This document shows, in pieces, positions 38,659 to 47,492 of a DNA stretch of 64,000 nucleotides; the stretch's first letter is position 1; every line of letters starts with the position of its first letter. Source of the stretch: a virus. A program made the translations under genes and the position numbers. The DNA lies in the IMG/VR virus record IMGVR_UViG_3300045988_126562; one strand, written 5' to 3'. Under the pieces are notes generated by a model that was given only the letters and a program-made list of their open reading frames with translations, made no database searches and was not told the origin of the DNA.

Positions 38659-39351
38659 TTATAACTCAAAATCTAATGGATCAGAGTCTTCTGCTTGAAC
38701 AGGTTGTCCTACTGCATTTGGTTTACTTGCTCCTGAGTCTAGGGAAGGCATCTTAGTAGGAGTAGCTGTCTCCATATCCTTCTTCCTATCCAGTTCGTAA
38801 GGAGTAAATCCTAGTTTCTGACCAATACAATTATTTGTAATAACTGCTTCTCCACCTGGCTCGAATACAGACAATAAATAAGGAAAACGAGGTTTATTGT
38901 CCTTATCTCCTATTAACTTAATTTTGGTCTGGAAACCAATTTTTGATTTGGTTTCTGATTCTAAGAACTTACATAACTTCTCAAATGTGGTACTTTTCCC
39001 AGATAATTTATTTAAGGCTTCTGGACAAACCTCAGCTAATAAATGTCCAATGGTTTTAGTAAATACCTCTAGATTAGAAGGATTCTCCATTTCATGTCCA
39101 TTGCTGTTTTTACGGGTAGTTCTTTTCTCATCTCCTGGTTTAGGTGCAAACAGAGTATGAGTAAATTGACCTTCATCGTTCTTGAATTTGATTCTAAGAA
39201 CTTCGTACTTCGCAGTAGGATCTTTCTTACCATCAAATTGTGCATATTCTACACCATCAAATTGTACATCGTGAATTTCCCAAGCTTTTAATAAAGGTAA
39301 AGAAGTTGATACATATTTTTCGTTGGCTCCAAATCCAATATTCATTTCCAT
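38659..39351 (-). CDS. Putative ssDNA-binding protein
   Basis: Located in the replisome module, with an acidic C-terminal tail EDSDPLDFEL. No sequence motif confirms an OB-fold. Confidence 0.35.
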   Translation of the reverse strand: MEMNIGFGANEKYVSTSLPLLKAWEIHDVQFDGVEYAQFDGKKDPTAKYEVLRIKFKNDEGQFTHTLFAPKPGDEKRTTRKNSNGHEMENPSNLEVFTKTIGHLLAEVCPEALNKLSGKSTTFEKLCKFLESETKSKIGFQTKIKLIGDKDNKPRFPYLLSVFEPGGEAVITNNCIGQKLGFTPYELDRKKDMETATPTKMPSLDSGASKPNAVGQPVQAEDSDPLDFEL

Positions 39352-39366
39352 AATTGTGCAAATTTA

Positions 39367-39948
39367 TTAGAGTTCAAATTTAAATTCTTCAGTAATCTCT
39401 TCACTTCCGTCTCCATCTAATGTTGCTTCCATAGGAAGAACTTCTGGAATATCATCTTCAACTACTTTAATCTTTGGATCTACGCGTTTCTTTTTAGAGT
39501 CTTCTACGTAAGGAATATCAACCCCACCGTCCATGATAAATGTATCATTATTTAGTGGAATTAATTTAAATTCTGTACCGTGTTCAGCTAACTTAGTATT
39601 AGCTTTTCCTCTACAAGAAACAGTCTTGCTCTTAGTAAGTTTGTTTCCACTTTTACATCCGAAAACTTCATCCTTACCAATTACAGGAACTAACTTATCT
39701 TCATGTTTTTGGTATATTACAGAAATCCTATCTTCCCATTCTGCCCCTAAAACTTCTACAGCTTTAGAATTAAGAACTAATTTATTCTCTTCCAGAATAA
39801 CTATAGGCTCTGTACTACCATCATCTTTCATTACTGATTTAGCCTTTTTAGGAGTTGCTGCTCCTTCTTCGATTATCTCTCTGCTAATTGGAGTGTAATC
39901 TCCAGTTTCAGGATCAAAATCGAACTCTATCAACATTTTAACCCGCAT
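39367..39948 (-). CDS. Hypothetical protein with acidic ...FKFEL tail
   Basis: 193-aa ORF whose C-terminus resembles that of the downstream gene. Confidence 0.4.
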   Translation of the reverse strand: MRVKMLIEFDFDPETGDYTPISREIIEEGAATPKKAKSVMKDDGSTEPIVILEENKLVLNSKAVEVLGAEWEDRISVIYQKHEDKLVPVIGKDEVFGCKSGNKLTKSKTVSCRGKANTKLAEHGTEFKLIPLNNDTFIMDGGVDIPYVEDSKKKRVDPKIKVVEDDIPEVLPMEATLDGDGSEEITEEFKFEL

Positions 39949-40633
39949 TATACTCGCGTATTTTCTCTATAACGTATTCTAAATCGTTATCTATGTAAAG
40001 ATCTTCAAAACAACCAAATGGACTTTTGGCTGTATTTGTACCATCACTATTAGTCATAAACTTATATGCAATACCTCCATCATCATTTTTTCCAATGACT
40101 GTATATAAAACATAAGTAAATAAACCTTCTAGTACGATTACATTATCCAACATTTTACCTATGGTTTTAATCTTATAATTTGGATTCATTTCGTCCCCAG
40201 CATTCTCACTGTGAGTACAAACCACAAACATAAGATCATCACGCATATTCATAGCTTCTTTAAACACACTATACATATGTTGAGCCATTTCAGTAAACTT
40301 TTCGTAAGACTTTTCTTTAGCCCTATCCATAGCCTCAAACGACATCAAATACTGCATATCATCCAAAACTATAGTTTTAATATTAGGCATTTTACTATTT
40401 ATTAGCTTTAAAACAGTTCCAATTTTATCCACACTACTGGTTACGTAGTAATTACCTTCCCATGCTTTGGATTCTGGATCTTGCTTTAAGCTTTTATATT
40501 TAGCCTTAAATCCTCTAAACGGAAGAGGTTTACCGGTTGTACTTATGATGAAAGTTTCTTCTGGATTTAAATTACGAATAGAGGTGGATTTTCCACTCCC
40601 AGATGGACCAACGATTGCTATTAATTCAGCCAT
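39938..40633 (-). CDS. Sak4/RecA-like AAA ATPase
   Basis: Walker A IVGPSGSGKST and Walker B IVLDDMQY. Confidence 0.65.
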   Translation of the reverse strand: MAELIAIVGPSGSGKSTSIRNLNPEETFIISTTGKPLPFRGFKAKYKSLKQDPESKAWEGNYYVTSSVDKIGTVLKLINSKMPNIKTIVLDDMQYLMSFEAMDRAKEKSYEKFTEMAQHMYSVFKEAMNMRDDLMFVVCTHSENAGDEMNPNYKIKTIGKMLDNVIVLEGLFTYVLYTVIGKNDDGGIAYKFMTNSDGTNTAKSPFGCFEDLYIDNDLEYVIEKIREYNAG

Positions 40634-41746
40634 TTACATTACAAATTGATAATTTTTCTCAGAATTATCTATCTCAACTGGAGTATCTTTCTTTATTATT
40701 TCATCTTTTACTTGTTCTGGCCTACCATTTAAGGTTAAATATGGTTCATAATCATTTATTTCTTTACCTCTAGGAAGTTCTTTCCATACTCCTACATTAC
40801 CATAAAATCCATTGCCTATGGATACGTCTGTGTCTCCATATCTATTTTTTAATACTATTATAGCTCTAAAGGTATTTTCCAGCATACCTTTTATTTTATA
40901 GTCTTTATAAGTAACAAGTTTTTCCCTATGAGGATGAAATACAGCTAGTACTATTTCTGCATCTTCACTAGGTCCTCCACTATCTTTTATATCATCTAGT
41001 TGAGGCTCCTGAAATCCAGCATTTCTTCTATCCATAGAAGAACTTCCTCTATTCATTTGCATTAAAATAAGAGGACTTATACCACATCTGTTTCTAAGAG
41101 TAACTAAGTAATTGGAAGCTAAATCTATTTCTTCTTTTTTAGTTCTCCCTTTATCTTTCCTCATTAGTGCAATATGGTCTATTACTACTAAGATAACTTG
41201 ATTCTTATTATTAGGAATATATATTTTTCTGGTATCTGTTTCTTCAAATCGGCCATATTTACCTAGTTCTTTTAGAAGATGAGCATACATTCTATCAGCC
41301 GTTAAGCTTCTATCATATACTGTTATTATTTCTTCTATTCTATCCAACCAGTTTTTGGCATCTTTTACCAGTTCAAAATCCTCTTCAGAAAGAGTTTTAC
41401 CTCTTTTCTTGGAAAGAAGTTCCTTAAATGATAATTCTTTTCCATATTTTTCCCAAAGGTAGATACTTAAAAGTTTCACAAATAAAGCCTCAGCGGACAT
41501 TTCCAGAGAATAATATATAACTTTAAAATTCTCATTGTTTATATTATCCATTAAAGGCTTATATATATATGCATACAGAGCAAATGAAGTTTTTCCACTT
41601 CCAGTGGAGCCAAATATAAGAGAATATGTAGACTGAGTTACTCCGTCTATTACACTTTCTAACTTCGGTAAACCCATAGGTAAACCCCAGTTTTCCCCCT
41701 TCATTCCTTTCTCTATTTGCTCTAATACAGAATTTACTATCGACAT
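40634..41746 (-). CDS. DnaB-like replicative helicase
   Basis: Walker A GSTGSGKTSFAL, Walker B VVIDHIALM, RecA-fold C-terminal domain pattern. Confidence 0.8.
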   Translation of the reverse strand: MSIVNSVLEQIEKGMKGENWGLPMGLPKLESVIDGVTQSTYSLIFGSTGSGKTSFALYAYIYKPLMDNINNENFKVIYYSLEMSAEALFVKLLSIYLWEKYGKELSFKELLSKKRGKTLSEEDFELVKDAKNWLDRIEEIITVYDRSLTADRMYAHLLKELGKYGRFEETDTRKIYIPNNKNQVILVVIDHIALMRKDKGRTKKEEIDLASNYLVTLRNRCGISPLILMQMNRGSSSMDRRNAGFQEPQLDDIKDSGGPSEDAEIVLAVFHPHREKLVTYKDYKIKGMLENTFRAIIVLKNRYGDTDVSIGNGFYGNVGVWKELPRGKEINDYEPYLTLNGRPEQVKDEIIKKDTPVEIDNSEKNYQFVM

Positions 41747-42367
41747 TTATAATGATTTGATAGCATCCATGTTTATCACTTCGCCATCTCCATTTTGCAT
41801 TGCCTCTAAACTAAGCCAAGCTTGGGCTGATACAAATTCTGCCATACCCATATTTATAAGATTGCGTTCCTTGGCCCAGTCAAGTAAGGACATAATCTTT
41901 TTATGTGTTTCTGGATTATGTTTGATTGCTTTACCATATCCAAATTTTAAATCATCCAAATCTTTGAATTTTCTTCCAGGAGTTCTTAGCATGTGAGTTA
42001 CTCCGTTGATAATCATACTAACTGGATAATTATTGAATAAATCATTCCCCAATTCAGCAGAATATTTAAAATAATTATTTAGGAATATTTTATTAAATTC
42101 TACATCAGCGGGATCAAAAGATTGCCCCCTATCGGGAATTTTATAAGATTTGAGAATGACTCCCTTATTTTGAAGAGAAAGCATGACTTCTCTCAAATCT
42201 TGCCTATCAGATGTGGATAAATATCTAGCTAAATATTCTTTATGGTCTTCCTCCGCACTAGCTAGAAACAATAATCTAACAACTAACCACTCTTCAGCTG
42301 TTAGATGATATTTTTCGAGAACAGATAGCTCATTCTCTATAGTTAAACTTAACTTTTCCAAATACAA
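41747..42367 (-). CDS. Hypothetical protein (possible helicase loader/replication organiser by position)
   Basis: 206-aa ORF abutting the helicase gene. The track start is TTG, so the true start is uncertain. Confidence 0.4.
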   Translation of the reverse strand: MYLEKLSLTIENELSVLEKYHLTAEEWLVVRLLFLASAEEDHKEYLARYLSTSDRQDLREVMLSLQNKGVILKSYKIPDRGQSFDPADVEFNKIFLNNYFKYSAELGNDLFNNYPVSMIINGVTHMLRTPGRKFKDLDDLKFGYGKAIKHNPETHKKIMSLLDWAKERNLINMGMAEFVSAQAWLSLEAMQNGDGEVINMDAIKSL

Positions 42368-42479
42368 TTAGTTTAGATATTACAAAGTAATTATCTATCT
42401 AACTGCAATCAATTTATCCTCCTTTCAGAGTGTTGTCTTGCATATAAATTTGGAACCCTCCTATCAAAGTGTTTAGTTC

Positions 42480-42734
42480 CTATATGTCTCTATCACTTAT
42501 ATACATTCTTTTATTTGCCCAGTCAACGGATTTCTTTACTACATCAAGTAAAGAATCAGATTCGATGTACCAACACCTATACCCATCTTGGGTTATAGTA
42601 GCTTGCCAAATGAACTCTTCTGCACATGGGCCATCATAATCTTCCATATAGTCTAGGCAATTGATTCTTATATTCCAATACCCTATAAATCCTAAATCTA
42701 TAGTTATATCAGAATCTAAATCAGCTTGATTCAT
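42480..42734 (-). CDS. Hypothetical protein
   Basis: 84-aa ORF in a co-oriented array. Confidence 0.35.
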   Translation of the reverse strand: MNQADLDSDITIDLGFIGYWNIRINCLDYMEDYDGPCAEEFIWQATITQDGYRCWYIESDSLLDVVKKSVDWANKRMYISDRDI

Positions 42735-42922
42735 AGTATTAGTAGTTGAGATAGTCTATTACAATCTAATTTAAAATCACCTATACTAGCTTCTAATATA
42801 TTGATTTCTCCTATTTCATAGTCTTTAAGTATAGATAAAAATCTATCCACACTAAGTTCTACATCTTCAGACTTAATCCATTCCCCACTACCTACCCTAT
42901 CATAGTATGTACATCTTATCAT
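42731..42922 (-). CDS. Hypothetical protein
   Basis: 63-aa ORF with an ATGA overlap. Confidence 0.35.
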   Translation of the reverse strand: MIRCTYYDRVGSGEWIKSEDVELSVDRFLSILKDYEIGEINILEASIGDFKLDCNRLSQLLIL

Positions 42923-44172
42923 TAAAACCTAAATGTCATTTGTGTTTCCTTTTCTCGTTTCGGAGTATATTGTTCTCCAGATAAAAGTTTATCTAATCCC
43001 TCTTCATCAATGGTTATATAATTTCCAGTTGATGAATTTTGATACCATTTTTCTTCTACAGTGTTCTTTATTACTAAGGTAAATATAATAGCTTCCTCTT
43101 TCCCTTCAAAGATTCTTAATACTCTACCTAGTCTTTGTTCTTTTTTAGTTTGAGAACTATCGAATCCAAGTATAACTGCGATAGAAGCCTCTGGGCAGTT
43201 AAAGCCTTCATTTAATTTCATTACTGTATTAATAACTCCAGATCCAGGCTTTAAAAAATCTTCTATAGTAGCTCTACCTTGTTTAGCAGATGTTTTTCCG
43301 CTATAAACTTTTCCATAAGCTATCTTTTCAGCCATTTTTATTGTACTACTAAAGGTAATACATTTTTTGTCTTGATAGTGAGATAGTATTTTATTAGTAA
43401 CTTCTATTTTTCTTTGATGGTTTGCTATGAAAGCCTTTCTTTTTTGAAGATTTTGAGAAAACTGAAAAGTCATAGCTGTTACCTGTTTTCTGTAGTCAGC
43501 TTCTAATGCTTTATTTCTACACCTATCTTTTACTAATTGTTCTCTCTTTTTCCAGCCGTCAGGTCCAATTAAACTCATACATAATGAAAAATCATAATCA
43601 AAAAAGGAAAATGCCTCATAAAACTTCTCATTATATTTGTTATATTCAGATAAGTCTACATCAAGTACTACTTTATATTCTCTGAAGGATGATAGCCATT
43701 TATTCTTAATGGCTTCTTCCTTAGTTACAATATCTACTACTGGACAAAATTGTAATAAATAATTATGCATACCATCAACTCTTATAAGAGTTGCAGTTAG
43801 GCATAACAACATTTTATAGCGTACAACTTTAAATACTCTAATCAGAGTGGGAGCTAATATTTTATGACATTCGTCAATTATTAATAAATCGGTTATTATT
43901 TCTTTAGAATCTTTTGAAGACTCGTTCATGGTTACAACCTCGCAATTATAGCTGAATCCCCAATCCAATATTTCCGCATTCCATTGTTTTAATAATGGCT
44001 CATTTGGTACTACTATTAATACCTTCTTACTAGGATTTTTATTTAGGAATCTTTTAATAGCTAATAAAGCACACCTGGTTTTTCCATAACCAGTACAACC
44101 ATGAATTATTCCTTGACATTTGTTATCTACCCATTTTTGAACACTTAAAGATTGTCTTTCATCCCTTGTCAT
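42922..44172 (-). CDS. SF2 (DEAD/DEAH-SNF2-like) helicase
   Basis: Motif I GCTGYGKT, motif II IIDECH, motif III LTATL and motif VI QRLGRVLR. Confidence 0.8.
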   Translation of the reverse strand: MTRDERQSLSVQKWVDNKCQGIIHGCTGYGKTRCALLAIKRFLNKNPSKKVLIVVPNEPLLKQWNAEILDWGFSYNCEVVTMNESSKDSKEIITDLLIIDECHKILAPTLIRVFKVVRYKMLLCLTATLIRVDGMHNYLLQFCPVVDIVTKEEAIKNKWLSSFREYKVVLDVDLSEYNKYNEKFYEAFSFFDYDFSLCMSLIGPDGWKKREQLVKDRCRNKALEADYRKQVTAMTFQFSQNLQKRKAFIANHQRKIEVTNKILSHYQDKKCITFSSTIKMAEKIAYGKVYSGKTSAKQGRATIEDFLKPGSGVINTVMKLNEGFNCPEASIAVILGFDSSQTKKEQRLGRVLRIFEGKEEAIIFTLVIKNTVEEKWYQNSSTGNYITIDEEGLDKLLSGEQYTPKREKETQMTFRF

Positions 44173-44378
44173 AATAAAAAATTCTCCCTAACTGCGCTCT
44201 TGTCATTACGACGTGGACCGTATGCACTATTTTAGTTGGCAAGGAGGGCTCAGGTTTGGAGAATGCTTACTATAGCCCTTTATTCAGCATAATGCTAACA
44301 GCATTGTATATTGTTCTGGACTAAATTTATATATTCCAGAACTATAATACAGTAATTTTAATATTAATTTGTATAAAA

Positions 44379-45233
44379 TCATCCTACAAGATCATATCCT
44401 TTTTCGGAAGCAACCATTTCGATTTGCTCCATTCGTGATTCCCACTGAGAGATATGGAATCGAGCTTCATCGCTCAATGCAAATAAGATGACGTTTCTCA
44501 ACGTTTTTAATTGGTCAGTAGTTAACTCAGAATATTTCTTACTTTTAAGTAAGACCATAGCTCTTAATTGAGTATAACTCAGACCTTTAGGAGTAATATA
44601 AATGTTAATAGAAGGTTTTAGACCCAGCCTTTCTTTCACTACTTCAACTCTGTCCCTAGTAGTTCCGTCCTCATTTTTCACAGTTAAGTCTTTCAACTCT
44701 TGAGGTGAAAACCACAATCCTTGTTTCAATACAAAAGTTAAGGTAATATGTTGTTTATTAAATTTGCCAAGTCTGTCTAGGCATCCATCCATTACTAGAC
44801 TGATGGGTAACTCCTTAAATTCATCTGGACAACCACCTACAATAGCAGAAATAGGAACATTCTTTGTATCAGTGATTGAATCCTTATTATTGTCTAGAAT
44901 AGTTCTAATATCAGATAAAAAGTTAAATCTAGGTTTACCTTTTTCCTGCTCTAACCATCTTAGGAATAGCTCACAGTTACACCTTTCTATCTGATCTTTT
45001 ATGATATCAATTAATACATACCTTCCTGGATTTTGTTTGTCTTGATTGTATAACATAGATCTACAGTGAGCATAAAACGATTTTAGCTGACTTTCACTTG
45101 CATCAATCAATCTAATTTCTTCTTGTACTATTTCGCCATTAATTTCTTGTTTTCTACCTTTCCAGATAAAGCTTTTGATATCAGTTTTTTTGGACGCCAT
45201 TGCTTCTTCCAATCTCTCTCTAATTATTGTCAT
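44379..45233 (-). CDS. Hypothetical protein (284 aa)
   Basis: Intact ORF bounded by intergenic regions on both sides. Confidence 0.45.
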   Translation of the reverse strand: MTIIRERLEEAMASKKTDIKSFIWKGRKQEINGEIVQEEIRLIDASESQLKSFYAHCRSMLYNQDKQNPGRYVLIDIIKDQIERCNCELFLRWLEQEKGKPRFNFLSDIRTILDNNKDSITDTKNVPISAIVGGCPDEFKELPISLVMDGCLDRLGKFNKQHITLTFVLKQGLWFSPQELKDLTVKNEDGTTRDRVEVVKERLGLKPSINIYITPKGLSYTQLRAMVLLKSKKYSELTTDQLKTLRNVILFALSDEARFHISQWESRMEQIEMVASEKGYDLVG

Positions 45234-45304
45234 ATGTTCTCTACTAAATTTTATTTCATCATTTTTTCATCTTGTTATTAATTAATCATCTTGTTATTAG
45301 TAGG

Positions 45305-45601
45305 TTATATCATTATGGTATCAACAACTACTTGTTTTTCTACAAAATCTATAAATTGATCTGAATCGAATCTATAGGGAACAAATATGTTATTGACTGG
45401 ATCATACCAGGTTTCTTTACCTGCAATTATTTCTTTATATTTCAGGTATCCTACAGCACCTAGTTTTATAGGAGGAGAATCCCAATTAGGAAATTTAGTA
45501 CATAATATATATTCACCAGTATCTATATTTTGAAACACATATTTAGTATAATCTCCCATTTCTCCTCTTCCTGCTAGTAATCTAGCATAAATAGTGTTCA
45601 C
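45305..45601 (-). CDS. Hypothetical protein
   Basis: 98-aa ORF in a co-oriented array. Confidence 0.4.
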   Translation of the reverse strand: MNTIYARLLAGRGEMGDYTKYVFQNIDTGEYILCTKFPNWDSPPIKLGAVGYLKYKEIIAGKETWYDPVNNIFVPYRFDSDQFIDFVEKQVVVDTIMI

Positions 45602-45974
45602 GAACTAACTCATCTTCAGAAATTTCACTATCTTCAGAAGTAGCAACTACTTTGTAGGTAATCCAATTTTCTACTTCTTCATTATATCTTTCTGAAATTG
45701 TCTCTTCATCTTTGTCAGTTAATTCATCATCACAATCAAACCCCAATTCTTCAGCACAATCTTCCCAAGTCATTAGCCCATGAGACCCCTCATACATCTC
45801 ATACTCCTCTCTAGCAAGTTGATAGGCGTATTCTAATGCTTCTTCTTTATTGTCAGCCAAAATAGTAGAATAATATCTACTTCCTCCGAATCCCCCTTCT
45901 AATCCTACATAAATATTAAATTCTGTTTTATTCATCACATTCATATTTTCTACATCCATACTTAGCAAAATCAC
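45582..45974 (-). CDS. Hypothetical acidic protein
   Basis: 130-aa ORF in a co-oriented array. Confidence 0.4.
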   Translation of the reverse strand: MILLSMDVENMNVMNKTEFNIYVGLEGGFGGSRYYSTILADNKEEALEYAYQLAREEYEMYEGSHGLMTWEDCAEELGFDCDDELTDKDEETISERYNEEVENWITYKVVATSEDSEISEDELVREHYLC

Positions 45975-46158
45975 ATCTAGTAACCTCTTGCCCTAAGAAA
46001 CATTTATATAATTTACATTTTGTACAACTTCTATCTGGAAATTTCCACTCTTTTCTATGTAAATCAGCTATTTCTTTTTCCTTTGCTTTACCAGTAAGTA
46101 TAACATCATCACTAACCTTTTTAGCCATTTCTCTTTCTTTTCGGTTTATAATTTTCAC
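45928..46158 (-). CDS. Hypothetical Cys-rich protein
   Basis: 76 aa containing CTKCKLYKC...CDFAKYGCRKYEC. Confidence 0.35.
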   Translation of the reverse strand: MKIINRKEREMAKKVSDDVILTGKAKEKEIADLHRKEWKFPDRSCTKCKLYKCFLGQEVTRCDFAKYGCRKYECDE

Positions 46159-46357
46159 AAAAATTAAGAGCCTCTTCTAATGCTCTACTATAAGAGGTGA
46201 AACTACTAAACGTACATCCTTCATCTTTTTTAGAAAGCCAAGTCATTTTATCTTCCTTTCCTATCCTAACTCCAGCAGTCCACTCATGTTTACCCAAATG
46301 CAAAACTGGGAAAATACCAATTCTAAAGCCTTTTTCAGCCCACTCCTCTATACCCAT
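46121..46357 (-). CDS. Hypothetical protein
   Basis: 78-aa ORF in a co-oriented array. Confidence 0.35.
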   Translation of the reverse strand: MGIEEWAEKGFRIGIFPVLHLGKHEWTAGVRIGKEDKMTWLSKKDEGCTFSSFTSYSRALEEALNFCENYKPKRKRNG

Positions 46358-46359
46358 CT

Positions 46360-46782
46360 TTACTTAATTATTAGCAAAAAAATAAGGGATGCACAAACTG
46401 TGCATCCCCCTATAATAAATAGCTTATTCTGCACTTTATACTTTTTCAACTCACCATCTTTTGCTAGTAAGATAGATTCATTGATATTATTTATCTCGTG
46501 CAGGTTACTTATTTGCTGATCCTTTACTACTAGTGATTGCTGTAGTATCGTGTTTGCTTCTTGTTGTAAACCTATTTTTCTTTCTAACTGTGGAATCTCC
46601 AATTTGAGTTTCTGATGTTCTAGAAAGATTAAATTTGTTTTCTTTAATTGAGTCGGAGTTATTACTATTAACGAATCCTGAGTCAATTTTGGATAGATAG
46701 CTTGAGAAAAACTGGGCATCATCGGCAATAGACTGATTAGTAATACTATCAAGACCTTTCTCATACCAATGATCAATTTCAA
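46360..46782 (-). CDS. Coiled-coil protein with hydrophobic N- and C-termini; overlaps upstream gene out of frame
   Basis: Signal-like VLIVLLISLLPMMPSFSQA, a heptad-rich middle and a C-terminal TM FIIGGCTVCASLIFLLII. Confidence 0.35.
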   Translation of the reverse strand: MKLIIGMRKVLIVLLISLLPMMPSFSQAIYPKLTQDSLIVITPTQLKKTNLIFLEHQKLKLEIPQLERKIGLQQEANTILQQSLVVKDQQISNLHEINNINESILLAKDGELKKYKVQNKLFIIGGCTVCASLIFLLIIK

Positions 46783-47014
46783 TTATTATTGAGTCAGATA
46801 CTCCTACTTCTCCTTTTAAACTATCAATCTTACTTGTTAAGTCTATATTTATAGTACTTAATGAGTCATTTACTAGTTTTAAAGAGTCTATTTTGTTTTC
46901 ATAGGGGATGGTATTCTCTACCCTTCCCCAGTTATAGTAACAGTATAAAACTACTACATTAGTTATAGCTAATAAGATAGCTATACTTATAGCAATTTTA
47001 TTAATCTTGCTCAT
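46505..47014 (-). CDS. N-terminally anchored membrane protein
   Basis: N-terminal TM IAISIAILLAITNVVVLYCYY. The C-terminal third is low-complexity and overlaps the next ORF. Confidence 0.4.
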   Translation of the reverse strand: MSKINKIAISIAILLAITNVVVLYCYYNWGRVENTIPYENKIDSLKLVNDSLSTINIDLTSKIDSLKGEVGVSDSIIIEIDHWYEKGLDSITNQSIADDAQFFSSYLSKIDSGFVNSNNSDSIKENKFNLSRTSETQIGDSTVRKKNRFTTRSKHDTTAITSSKGSANK

Positions 47015-47471
47015 CTACTTTCTTACCTTCTGTATTCTTTTTAAGATAGCGTTCCTCCATCTCATTGTATCCTGGAATATATTTACCAGGAGCATATTGA
47101 ATGTCTGACACTACGCAATCTACAATCTGATGAGCCATTCTCATATTAAGAAGCAAAGAATTGGTACTTGTGAACACACAATTTGCCTTATCTTCCTTCA
47201 GGGCACGACCTTCAGCCAAAGTTTTTCCTAGTTCAGATTTAGCCTGATCATGTTCATGACAGAAAGAGATACCAATACGAAGAGTATTTTCCGGAAATTC
47301 CATGAAATCATCATCTTCCTTATGTCTTTGATTGAGCACTCCGTCTTCATTTTGAACTACTGTAGCCATAGTTACTCCATCTTTTTCATCAAGTAATACT
47401 CCACAGACAGTAAATGAACGTTCATTACCTTTAAAATCCTTAAACTTTGCTTCTTTAAAAATCTTTTTCAT
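47001..47471 (-). CDS. Hypothetical protein
   Basis: 156-aa ORF. No motif recognised. Confidence 0.4.
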   Translation of the reverse strand: MKKIFKEAKFKDFKGNERSFTVCGVLLDEKDGVTMATVVQNEDGVLNQRHKEDDDFMEFPENTLRIGISFCHEHDQAKSELGKTLAEGRALKEDKANCVFTSTNSLLLNMRMAHQIVDCVVSDIQYAPGKYIPGYNEMEERYLKKNTEGKKVDEQD

Positions 47472-47492
47472 ATCTTTATTTGTTTTAAAATG

